DNA of 64,000 nt from Utricularia gibba (lineage: Eukaryota; Plantae; Magnoliophyta). The notes under the pieces are model-generated. The model was not told the DNA's origin and ran no database searches. It saw only the letters and a list, made by a program, of their open reading frames with translations. Below are positions 1 to 12,037 of the stretch, piece by piece; position 1 is the first letter of the stretch, and each line of letters begins with the position of its first letter. The translations under genes and the position numbers were made by a program. The stretch spans positions 3,224,001 through 3,288,000 of the forward strand of contig CM007990.1 of assembly GCA_002189035.1 (NCBI GenBank). Reading direction: 5' to 3'.

Positions 1-489
1 CTTGGCAACGTCTGTCTGCCGATATGTTTTCTTCTCTCACGAATTTGGTCTAGTTCCCTCTTCAGCTCTTCTTCCCTTTTTTCCAAGATTTCGTCGGCCG
101 CCCTTTCCCTATCCGTCCCGGGCTCATAGATGATCTTGTTGCCCCTCTTTCTTCGCAGTATCTCCTCCTCAGTTTCGGATTCGGTCTCCGTGTCCTGAGG
201 GTATTCTGGAATCATGGGTGGTTTTTCCGCTCGTCGTGCGCTCTCGGGTGTCCCCTCCTTGGCGTTGGAATTCAACCCCGCAGGTGCCTAAAAGTCGGAG
301 AGGATTTCCGTTAGAGGCCTTCAGTTGTTCCCTGCTGGTGATCATAAGACCGGGGTCTTGTATACCGGCACTTCCTTCGTGGACCGTGTTGGTGGCTATG
401 CTATTTTCCGCCATGGTCGGTGTTTGGTGAGTGATTTCTGTGGATTTCTCAAGTGGGGCGATAGATCGGCCCCACGGTGGGCGCCAAAA
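1..489 (-). mobile_element. Ty3/gypsy Tat/Retand retrotransposon: 5' UTR and gag start, running off the window start
   Basis: ORF 169-414 (MAENSIATNTVHEGSAGIQDPGLMITSREQLKA) is homologous to the gag N-terminus at 33512 (MANMNTTINTNNEGNASVQDLGLMVINREQLKA), which is followed by a Tat-type pol. PBS and LTR are adjacent. Confidence 0.8.
469..486 (-). promoter_or_regulatory. Primer-binding site complementary to the tRNA-Lys(CUU) 3' end
   Basis: Plus strand GCCCCACGGTGGGCGCCA equals the last 18 nt of plant tRNA-Lys(CUU) including CCA (recalled sequence). It lies 3 nt from the LTR terminus at 490. Confidence 0.85.
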
Positions 490-1040
490 TGTTAAGAGCG
501 AAAATCGGTATGTTAGATTGAGCCGATTTTTGGGTTGCGGGTGGAATCGGAGATATCGTTTCTTTCCGTCGTTTTTTCGGATTGACCAGATGAAGTGAAA
601 ATGGGCGGGGATTTTTTTATGTGGAAACCACCGTGAGATGGAAAAACCACGGAGCTATCGGAGCTCGCCAGAGAAAGTTTTTTCTCGACCGAGATTTTTG
701 AAAAAGGTACAAGTTGGGAGGCTTAAGGTCGAACCCTTTCTCCGTAATGATTTCTTCTATTTATAGAAGAGCTCAATCTGATTTGACGTTTGTAGATATT
801 GGTTGCTTTCTGCATCTGCTATGCGATCTTGCTTTTCAGATATTGACTGCCTGTTATGCCGTAATTCGGCCGCTTTTCAGACTATATCATACGGCCATAG
901 CTGTCAGATTTCTGACAGATATCGGTCTGTTGACTGGCATTATCCCCTCAAAGTCTCTTTTGGCAGTTTTTTTAGAAGCCGGTTGCCTCCGACTGATTTA
1001 TCTCCCATTAGAATTGTATGTTTTTAGATATTTTAAAATA
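490..1040 (-). mobile_element. 5' LTR of the Tat/Retand element (right boundary approximate)
   Basis: Starts TGTT next to the PBS. Minus-strand TATA (CTATAAATAG) lies near 757-766. Collinear similarity to 32691-33253. Confidence 0.75.
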
Positions 1041-1699
1041 TAGTACTGTATCTTTTATTAAAATACCAATAATACATTATTTTTTATCTTTTTTTTAAAT
1101 ATCATATAAGAATGAAATGGTATTTTAATTATTACATTATTTATATTTATATTATTTAAAATAATTACACATGATTTTTATTAATATACGATATTGTTTT
1201 ATAACTTTGACGATTTCTATGCATTTGCAGAATTACTATCACACTCATGACCATCTTATTCTTTTTTTAAATCATATTATATAAATAATATTGATGAAAA
1301 ACATGTAATTAAATATATTAATTATTTCAAAAATTTGTAGATAAGTAAAAGAATCGTAACTTCCTACTTAAGATAAAAGTTGGTTCAAGTTGGGGTGACA
1401 TGACCCTACCCCAAAGGGCCTTGATTATTTGAAGCCTAGTTCAACAATCAATTAGGCAGGGTACAATCGTCTTTAAGGGCTTTGGACCTAGGGCCAAAAT
1501 GCACTAAGTATTTGGGTGTTTAACATATAGATATAAACTCGGTGTTTTCTAAAATCCTGCCAAGATAAAAAATATGAATTTTTATAAATTATGAAACTTT
1601 TAATTATTATACTAAAAATTATGTAAATCATAATAATAAAATTTAAGAAAATAAATATCATGTTGTTGATCTTCCTTTGCATTTTATACACGATTATTG

Positions 1700-2050
1700 A
1701 GAAATTGAAATTAGGATTATTTTATTCTTCTAGTATCAGTGTAGTTTTGACAAATAGGTCAACACCCATTCCGGTTAATGGGTTAAAGGCCTATAGCAAA
1801 TCAATATCTGATTCAAGTTTCATGAAGCTCGTAGAGTTTGAAGTGAATTATAATAGCAAATTAGCATATGAAATTACTATTTCATATCGATAAATATATT
1901 AACCTCAAAATGACGATAATTAATTTTTCAATTCATTCAATGCTATATGACTTTAGAAGCATGGAATAGTGATTGAAAGTTGATCATATGTATGATACCC
2001 ATTGTGATATTCATGAATATTTCCATCGAAGAAATTCTTTGGCATAACAG
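1700..2050 (-). pseudogene. Possible degenerate MULE transposase N-terminal remnant
   Basis: Stop-interrupted frame FFDGNIHEYHNG...LNELKN...YEIVISY...KLESDIDLL loosely resembles MULE N-terminal domains. Pattern recognition only. Confidence 0.25.
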
Positions 2051-3759
2051 ATTGAAAAAACATCTTGATAAAGGAAATATATTTTTCAAATGATTTACGT
2101 TTTTAAAATGATACTCTAAGTTCTCCTTAAATAGATTAAACAAAAAATGTTTGAAAATGAAGCATGCAAAATTTAAGATAACTATGATTGAAAATAAAAA
2201 ATACATAAATAAAAAAAAATATTTGAAGATAAAGAATGTAAAAATTAAAAAAAAAAATCTTTTAAGACAAAAAAATTAAAATAAAAGATAATGTTATTTT
2301 TATAATTTATTTAATTATATTATTTTTAATCCATATTATGTTTTTTTAAAAAATTGTATATTTGTTTCTAGAATAAAATGATAAAATAGAAAATAATCAT
2401 TTTGTTATATTTATTCGTGTTTATATAGTGCAAAATGTATGACAGAATGTTTATTAACAAAAGTTTTTTTATTTATATTTATATGTAAAAGAGAATAGAA
2501 AAATTATATAAAAAATAAACTTTTTAAGTTAAAAGACATTCATTTTTATAAAGAAACTCACACCGTGATCAATTTTATTATATAAAACTAAGACAGTGGC
2601 CATTTATCTAAAAAACCCATGTTTTTAGAGGATAGAAGCATGGTGAGAGAATAATTGGTTGATGTTACACATCCTAAAATAACCCTTTGAGTTTTGTGGT
2701 GCATGATTTTCAGTGTTTGATTTATAGTGCATCCTTTTGTATAGAATCAAAGAGCATTCACAATTAAAGTGACTATTATTATACAGATATTAAAATCCTA
2801 CAAATAACAAGTATTTATGGATATGAAGAATCACATAAATTATGAAGAATTTGAGATCATAATAATGAAGAATACAAGCATCTTAAAATGCATGCCCTTT
2901 TACACTCATGAATCATCGATTCTACACATGGCATTATGAAGACTCTTAGAATCGGCTCCCACCCTGTAATTATGTAGATGAAGTTCATGTTCTTCAAATG
3001 AATACCCTTACGTGTCTTTTACTTTGATTTGCCATCTCCCAAAGAATTGTGTAAATCAACGAAATGGAACACAACATGAAGACGATTGAAATTGAAACTA
3101 AAAAGTGCAATTGATCACTACAATATCATGCTAATTGAAAGTTTAAAAATGCAATTAAAATCGAAGCATTAAATCAAATCTACAATACTGGAAAAAATTG
3201 GAATCTAACTAGCGAATTTGATGGTGTGGGCTACGAGGTGATCATGAAGATTGAGTGCAATTGAAGTAAAAGGACATTGTATGTATCGATTGCCAAAAGT
3301 TAAGCATTCGAGTACATGACTTATTGTGGTGAATTAAAATTCTTAAGAACATTGCAACTTTTTCTGTCAGTTGGAAAAATTTACGAACCACAGAGTATGT
3401 CTCCCTTGTGTATCGATGGGCTCCCTTGTTACTATCAGTCAACAGTCGGTAAAATTTGAATAACTCCCAATACTATAGCAATGTCTCCCGTCTTACTAAT
3501 GAATCTATCACAAAAGAAAAACTCTTGTAAATTCTTGAAAATTTACAACATGTAAGAATAGAATAATGATAGAGGACTACGGCAAAAAAGATTGTCTTTT
3601 TCATTGATAAACACAGGTATATATACAAGTGTATCTATGTAAGTAGAGGAAGTTGAGTAAATCTCTCCACATGATTCTAACTACTATAATCACACATTTT
3701 ATATATGATGAGAATATTATATCTAATAAAGAATGTAATTCCACACCCCCCCCCCACAG

Positions 3760-6700
3760 TGCTATCTAGGAGCACCTTGTGAATTTCCTTGCCAATCTTT
3801 GACTTGTAGTTGGCGCAAGAAATGTCATGAATTGGGGACCCAGTAGAGCCTTCGTGAAGATATCAGTCAGCTGAATCTTAGATGGGATATGCTTGGGAAC
3901 AAGAAAACCCTTGACGAAAAACTCCCGTACTACATGACAATCAATATCAAGATGCTTTGTCCTTTCATGAAAGACAGGATTTCTGGTGACAATGGATTAC
4001 TGCTTTGTTATCACACATGAGTGGAATAGGACTAGGGAATGTCTATCGCATGTCCTTCAGAAGATTGTCTATCCACTCAAGTTCCAAAGTGGTGACCGCC
4101 ATACTTCTGTACTCTGCCTCAGTAGTGCTACGAGACACTGTAGTCTGCCTCTTCGATTGCCAAGAGATGAGCTGTCCACCAAATAACATACAATACCCCG
4201 TCAGGGATTGACGTGTATTAGGGCAGGTGGCCCAATCCGCATCGCAATAAGCAATGAGAGCTGGTGCTGGTGTAGCATAAGCAGACCGAGTGATTGGGTC
4301 TGCTTCAGAAGCCGCACCACATGAAGCCTGGCAGCCCAATGGATCTATTGTGGAGATTGCATGAATTGACTGAGGAGATGAGTGGCAAAGCCACATCAAG
4401 CTGTGTGTATCTCAGATAAAGCAGGAGGCCAACGAGCCGTCGATATATAGACAGATCAGCAAGCAGTGGAGAATCGTCATCAGCCAATTTAGTATCAAAG
4501 GGTAAAGGAGCTGAGACCCGGCCATCATCTCGGAGATCAACATCTTGAATGACGTCTTGTATGAACTTTCTTTGATTGATGAACAGTCCTCGAGAGTCTC
4601 TGTAGATTTCAAGCCCAAGAAAATACCGAGCTTCCCCTAAAACCTTAATCGTGAACTTATCATCCAGAAACTTCATGAGGGAGCTGATATGCTCATAAGA
4701 GGACCCAGTGGCGATGATGTCGTCAATATAGACCAGCAAGAATGTCAAGTGACCATCATGATCTGCAGTAAATAAGCATGGATCATGCATAAAAGCAATA
4801 AAGCCAAAGGAGCATAGGGAGTCGGTTAACTCAATTTTCCACAATCGAGAGGCTTGTTTGAGGCCATATAGAGACTTTCGCAGTCGACATAATTGCCTAG
4901 CTCCGAAAGAGGGGCATCCAAGAGGAACCTGCATGTAAACTTCTTCTTGAAGGGAGCCATGGAGAAAGGCATTGTTAACATCTAGCTGATAAATGGGCCA
5001 TTTGTGTTGAGATGCAACTGCATGGAAAACATGAACAGTGGTAATCTTAGCTACTGGGGAGAAGACCTCTGTATAGTCGACCCCTTCTATCTCGGTAAAA
5101 CCTTTCGCCACCAGCCTGGCCTTATACTTGTTGATCGATCTATCAGGGTGGAGCTTGATCTTATAGACCCAACAATAACCTACAGCCTTCTTCCCCTTGA
5201 GTAATTTGGAGAAGTCCCAAGTATGGTTGCAACTAGGCTCGTGGTGGCTAGAAATGGTGGCAAGAAAAGTCTGGTGAGTCTGTGACGGCATAGTGTCTGG
5301 CTCACACAAGTAATCACTAAGATAGCCCCGTGGCCTACGAACCCGATCAAATCGTCGTGGCACGTGTGCAATTTCAGGGGAAATGATGACCGGTGAAGGA
5401 GTGGTGTCCGCAGCCATCGGTTCGTCCCCCGTTGGTGGCGAAGGGGCAATATTTGGCGGCTCGATGGGCGCACCCCGAACAATAGGTTATGCAATCGGCA
5501 CCTCAGGCATGGGATCTCGAAACAAATAAGTATCTTGGACGGATGCTCTATTGGAGCTATTGAAAGAACCAGAGAAAGGAAAAGTCTGCTCGTAAGAAAT
5601 CACATCTTGAGATTCGAAGGATTGCCATGTCTCAAGATTGTAGAGGCGATAATTTCCTGGGGTAAGAGTGTATCCAAGAAAGACGGATCGTATAGCCCGT
5701 GGTCCAAACTTATCCTTGCCTTTAACAGTATTAGTGGCATAGGCTAGACACCCAAAAATTCTGAGGTGATCGTACTTGGGAGACTCTCCAAAGAGGACCT
5801 CATGAGGCGTTTTCCAGTTCAGTAATGGGGTGGGAAGATGGTTGATTAGGTAGGCAGCAGTCAACACAGCATCTCCCCAGAAAGGCCGTGGTAGAGAAGA
5901 GTGCTCAAGCATAGAGCGAGATAAATCCAGAAGATGACGGTGCTTTTGTTCCACACGCTCATTCTGCTAAGGCATCCTGGCACAACAAGGGCCATGCAGA
6001 ATTCCTCGAGAAGCAAATAAAACTCCACAGGTGGCATTAATAAATTCCGTCCCGTTATCAAATCGAATGTGCTTAGTGTGGACGCCAAACTGAGTGTGTA
6101 CCATATTCAGAAAATTGGTGAGCACAGTGAGAACCACCATTTTGGAGTCCAACAGATGAATCCAAACAGCCCGAGATCGATCATCCACAGTCGTCATAAA
6201 ATAGGAAGCTGAAGTTTGACTTTTCTTTGCATATGGGCCCGAAAGGTAAATGTGAATTAGATCAAAAATACCCTTTGCTCTACTATGATTCCACTGAAAG
6301 GGTGTACGGTGTTTCCAATGTGACAAGCATCGCAATATTTATCATGTGACAAGTTACTCAAACCAGGAATTTTTTTTAAAACTAGAAAAGATGCATGGCC
6401 AGAACGTAAATGCCAAAAATTCAAGGCAATAACATCACAAAGAAACGAGAATTTATTCTCTCCATGTCGACGTCCAAACCTAACGAGACTGGAACATGGA
6501 CTCAAAGCAAATAGGTAATAAAGACCACCTCGAACGAAACCAGTGGCCACCACCTGATTACGTTGCCGGTCCTACAGAACACAGGTATCCTCATCAAAAA
6601 TAGCTCGGAGATTAAATTTCCGGCAAATTTGATAATAGAGATAAGATTAAATCCAAAATTTTAAACCCAAAGCACATCAATCAGAGTAAGACCCGGTTTG

Positions 6701-7953
6701 AGATCATAATTGCCACAATGAGATACCTGAAGTTTCATCTGATTAGGTAAAGAAACCTGTAGTGAGGGAGCTGCACTGACTTTCTGTTGCAAGATAGTGT
6801 CTGGAGAACACATATGTGCTGTAGCACTTGTATCTAAGATCCATTGGGACTTGTGAGTAGTGTAGAAATTCATACCTGCAAAATGCTCAGAATTAGGAGC
6901 AGTAGGTGGGGCAGTGGCTGGAGAAGCCTCCCCAGAGGTCGATTGAGAGGCAGCGCTGGTGGTATGGTGGCTCTGATATAGGGTCCAGAGCTTATCAATG
7001 AAATTCCCAAAACTACCGGAAAAATTGATAGAGGTTGGAGGATTTTGTACACCGTCAACGGGTGTCCCTACAAAAACAGCATTAACAGCTGCTTTTCTTT
7101 CATACTCTTGGTGGCTCTTAAGTTGAAACAGCGCTCCTGGATACGCCCAACTTTTTGACAATATAAACACACCAGTCTGTCGCCAGTTTTTTTTTCCCAC
7201 TAGTGGATTTGGAAGGAGTAGCAATGGTCCTGGCAGCTAGAACAACAGCAGAATCACCACTCATCGTATACATGACAGCCGGAGCAGTGAGTTCTCGATG
7301 GCGCTAGGCGGAGAGAACTTGTCGATATGCCTCTTCGACAGTTGGTGTGGCCGTTGGGTTGCAATTTGATCACACAGACCACTGAAGGAATCATGCAAAC
7401 CGAGAAGAAATTGTTGCAGCCGGTCAGTATCATCATGGTGACGGAGTGCCACGGCAACATCATCAGAAACATTGGGCAATGGAATGAGAGCCTCAAGTTG
7501 ATCCCATAAAGCCTTTAGACGAGCATAGTAGGCAACCACCGAGTCAGACCCCTGTTTTGTCATCAAAAGTTGGCTCCAGAGGTGATAAACCTGTGGTTCG
7601 ACACTATGACCGTATCGTTGTTCCACTTCGATCCACAATTGCTGAGTAGTCATTGAATAGACAAGGGCTTTAGAAATCTCCTTAATCATCGAATTGAGGA
7701 GATGATTCATGACTTGAAAGTCAAGGTGCTGTCAGTTTCCAAAATCTGACAGGGCCTTCTCATAGGCAACAACATCAGCACCCACAGACACCATGGGAGG
7801 AGGAAGCACGAACGGTGCATTGATGGTGCCATCAACGTGGTGGAAGAGGGAGCGACCACCTAAAGCTATCCTCATTGCACGCACCCACGACGCATAATTC
7901 TTGCCATCGAGAGGATTGACAACACTAGGAGTCGTAGAGGAAGAATCATTCAT
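3760..7953 (-). pseudogene. Copia gag-pol with multiple frameshifts
   Basis: Copia domain order: gag LDGKNYASWVRAMRIAL; protease WILDTSATAHMC; integrase WHLRSGH...RFDNGTEF; RT KYKARLVAKGF...YIDDII; RNase H YCDADWA...SRSTTEAEYR. Confidence 0.93.
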
Positions 7954-8000
7954 CGTATCAAACACAATTTGCAGAGGAGGACCAGATTATGCTGTGATAC

Positions 8001-9368
8001 TGATAAACGGGAATTTTCCTAATATCGTTGCAAATAAAAATAGAAAATCCGTATCAAATAAATTTATAATCCCTAATTTACACAAAATACAAATTTAGAA
8101 AACTTGTATAGTGGATATCGGAGTCGATCACAAGGAGATGGTGTTTGTCAAGTGTTTTAGTAAGTACATAATTCGGGATAACAGTGGGAAACAAGTTCAG
8201 TAAACAAGGTAGGTAAGCAATGTCAGGTTTCTACGCTAAGGTAATAGGTATTGGTTTTGACTCAGACTAATACGAGGACGCCTTAAGGGTCTGCGGGTGG
8301 TGTTATGCTAAGCTTCCTAACTCAATTTATTATCTTCCTACACTCACAACTTCAAATAACCTAAGTCTACCCAGGTCATTCATCATATTTTTGGCATAAG
8401 TTAGTCCCCAATGTCATAACCCACATTGCAATTAGGTCTACCCGCATGCAAGACATATAGAACTAGGTCTACTTGGTTCTACTGGTTCTACCCTAGACTA
8501 ACACCGACTGCTCTTGTCTTCGTTTGTTGGTCTACCTCTAAACCAAACATCTAAGTTGTGAAACTACTTACTTCCCTCCTTAGGTCTACCCATGGTTTGT
8601 TAGAAACAAGAGTTAAGGAATACACATAAATTTCATCATCAAACCTAAGCACACACCACACCACTTCATCTTAAGGCATCCCTAAGACTCTAGTTTCTCA
8701 TGCTTAGGAAATAAAACACGATTTCATTCATATAAGTTTGCCAAAATGGCAGAAACATTGTAAACAAGTAAAACGCAAAAACTTGAAATGTTCAGAAAAC
8801 AGAAAGTAATTAAGGATTGTTTTTCCGCCCGTTAGCTATTGTTCACAGCCAGGAACAGTAGCGCTGAACTGGACTCCGGTGCTACTCTTGGTGATGAAGG
8901 CCTTTCTTCCCCCTTCTGGTTTGTGTTTTTCCCGTTGGGGAATAAGACCCCTTGCCCCCCTGCTATCTTTTTTCTTTGAATTCATTTCCTTTTCATTTGT
9001 TTCACTCCATTGCACTGTTTCTGTCTGCCAGTACTATTCCTGACCGCCAGTACTGCTCCTAGCCTGAACTTGTAGACTGCGGTGGCAGCAGAACAATGCT
9101 CTTTGCCCTTCTCCGGATTTTGCGCTCTTTTTCGCTTGTTTTACACGCTTGCAAGTCTGATTTTCGGCTCATCTCCCTGCTGAACTTACTGAGACATCAG
9201 TAACAAGAGTTGTGGACTAAATCAAAGGATTTAGTCCACTTTTCAACATAATCACATAGGATTAACATAAACACCACTAAATCATGAAAAATCACATTTA
9301 TTTAACCTAAATCATAATAAAATATAACCATTTTGTATTTTGAAATTTAGGAAAAATGTGTGTCATCA
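8001..9368 (-). mobile_element. Athila-like solo LTR inserted in the Copia PBS
   Basis: Termini TGATAAACGG...GTGTCATCA. Exact TSD GATAC at 7996-8000 and 9369-9373. Homologous to the LTR at 57077-58478, which is followed by an Athila PBS and gag. Confidence 0.92.
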
Positions 9369-9635
9369 GATACCATGTGAGAATAGAAGAACGACAGAGG
9401 ACTGTGGTAAAAAGGATCTCCTTTTTCATTGATAAACACAAGTATATGTACAAGTGTATTTGTGTAAGTGGAAGAAGTTGAGTAAATCTCTCCACATGAT
9501 TCTAACTACTATAATCACATATTTTATATATGGTGAGAATATTATATCTAATAAAGAATATAATTCCACACAACATAAGAAAAACAATTCTGAAGATTGA
9601 ATATCCAAATTTTCCTAAAAATACTGTTTGGAATC

Positions 9636-11093
9636 TGTTAGTGTATGTTTTCTAGAGACAATTAACTCATTGGAAAATCTTATCTTTTGATATTTACTCT
9701 TAATTGTGATCAAATTTATATCATTCATAAAATCCTCTACTTGATCTATGTGCTATAGAAATTATGATGAGATCATAATGTGAGATTCTTCAAGTACTTA
9801 TGCTCAAGTTAAGAAACTCCCTAGCTAGAGTATTTGTGAAATGAAGATATTACAAATATGGATAAGTTGGCACACATTGGGTTCCCAAAACTTTTTAGGC
9901 AATGATTCTCACAATTGATGTAATGAGATTACTAGAACCTATGTGTAAGTGTCAATTAGAGAATCGATTCACTGGATAACTCATCTTGGAGATGCTACTT
10001 TGGGAATCTAACTAAGTATCAGTTGAAAGATCTCGAATATAACAGCCGTGCAAGTAAGCTTAGACTTGATGTCAACAAAGTTATCTTGATCTTAAGCTCA
10101 CATTTTCGCTCATTACTAATGAGAGCCTAACCATGGCTTGCCTAGTATGGATGAGTAGGGATGTGACTCCTGAAGGTTGGAGATAGTTGATTGATCAATA
10201 AAGGATTCATCACTCATGTTAGCTATGAGATCATATCTCAAGTAATTGTATCAGAGCCTAACAATAAGTCCTGGGTCCAGGGTAATGACACTCGAATTGT
10301 TTGAGTAGGTCATTGAGTGTTAGTGCTTGAATGCAATTATAAGTTCGATACATCAGAAAGACACACACCCATGTTCTGGTATCGAATGAGATATAAGCAT
10401 GATGAAAGCTTTTCATTGTATGGTGGCTGGTCATGTAAAGGTTCAATTAGTTCACCTAATTCTTATTGCATCTTGAAGATCATGATATATTGCTAGACAT
10501 CACTCATGATCAATAATGATGGATTTGATTAATTAAGAGTTAATTAATAAATCCATTATTATGGCCTTGATTGAAGAAGCCTATAGGGTCACACACAATA
10601 GTGGAGTCACTCAACGATATAAAATAGAATGACACTCAGAATTAAATTAAATTGAGAGTTATTTTGAAATTAATATTGATTAAACTCAAAATAAAAGATC
10701 TTATATAGATAAGATTTGGAACATATACATATCTCCACAAGATAAGATTTTTACGGAGATTTGATTTGATATGTTATCAAATATCTATAAAAAAAGATTT
10801 AGATCTACAGATCTTCCACATCTTCGTTCTCTTTGAGATTGATCCGCAAGGAGTGGATTTTCTCTACTAGCATTCTACTGCCTTGAGAAGGTTATTGACG
10901 GAGTGCTCCACGTGTGGATACCATAGAGGCCGTCTACTATTGGTGGTTGGTGAACAACGGATTGCATTGAAAGGTACTTTCAACATCTCTTTATCTAACG
11001 TATACTGTATTCCAAGATCCGCGTTTGGGGTTTCTCTAAAATTTTTAAATTCTGCTGCTTTTATGACATACAATGTCTATGAAAAACCCAACA
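9636..11093 (+). mobile_element. Angela-like (Ty1/copia) solo LTR
   Basis: Starts TGTTAGTGTATGTTTTCTAGAGACAAT (Angela/BARE-type TGTTGG...CTAGAGxCAAT) and ends CCCAACA. Near-TSD GAATC/TAATC. Three more copies occur in the window. Confidence 0.85.
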
Positions 11094-12037
11094 TAATCTT
11101 GTCCGAATGCCAAAAAAATAAAATCAGAATTCTCTAGAACTTGTAGAGAAAGAGTGAGTATTTGAATCGAAAACTTCACTTGTATTTTGCGATTTACAAA
11201 GCTGCAATTTCCCATGCAAGTGCAAAAATAGGTATTTTTGTGGTTGAATATAAAACCGAAGAGTATAATTGCATTAAAAATATATATTATGAATATGTGT
11301 TATTTTTGTAAATCTAACACAAAAAGCAACTCAACAACAAATGGGTTTTGTTCAACTAAAATTGGGTAAACCAATGATATATCTTTAAGCAAAATATTTG
11401 TAATATTTATAGTTGTTACTATTTTTATGGAAATGACGTGCAATAGACTATAATTCACTTTATTCTATTTATAGTTTACACAATAATCTTGAACTACTAG
11501 CATCCAGCCTCATTTGAAAATGAAGGTTTGGGCAGGGAGAATCCTGATAGATGCTTCCATAAGAAGGGAGCTTGGATACAATCAAAACTCAGTAGGGATG
11601 TGCTCAAGAACAATCTCTCACATGCCAATAACTGATGCAATAGTAACCCGAGAAATGCACCTATGGGAAATAAAGATTAGAAGGAGCTAGGTTCACTGCC
11701 TAGGAAGCAAGAATCAACCAATACTTGGGTATGGAGGACTGAGGAGGAGGAGGGAGAGAATCTGACTTCTACACAAAAAAGTAAAGGACCTCAAACCTAT
11801 GAATAGCCCAATGATCATGTTAATCAAGCCTTTAGGTATTAGCATGTGGACCTCTCTATAAATGCATCCCTTGCTAGGCAACATGAAGAGGGAAAGGGTG
11901 TGAATAGCAATTAGGAAAGAAGCTTTGATGCCCCTCAAAGGCAAGAACTTGTATAGAGCATAGTAGAACTTGAGCACCAAGACAAGATGCATTGAGTGCT
12001 TACAAGACGGCAGGGGAACTTTTCCACAACAATAAAG

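Larger units (their letters stand above)
3551..9570 (-). mobile_element. Full-length decayed Ty1/copia retrotransposon (Ale-like, lineage uncertain)
   Basis: 195-bp LTRs at 3551-3745 and 9376-9570 (TG...CA, about 20 mismatches). Exact TSD CAACA at 3546-3550 and 9571-9575. PPT G10 at 3746-3755. PBS TGGTATC|ACAGC is split by an insertion. Confidence 0.95.

Noticed and set aside
469-486. tRNA-Lys gene
   Set aside because: Only the 3' 18 nt including CCA match, directly beside an LTR. This is a PBS, not a tRNA gene.
1488-2206. Short hydrophobic ORFs in AT-rich DNA (also many similar ones in LTRs across the window)
   Set aside because: Expected by chance in AT-rich or LTR sequence. Many begin at TTG or GTG and have no recognisable domain.
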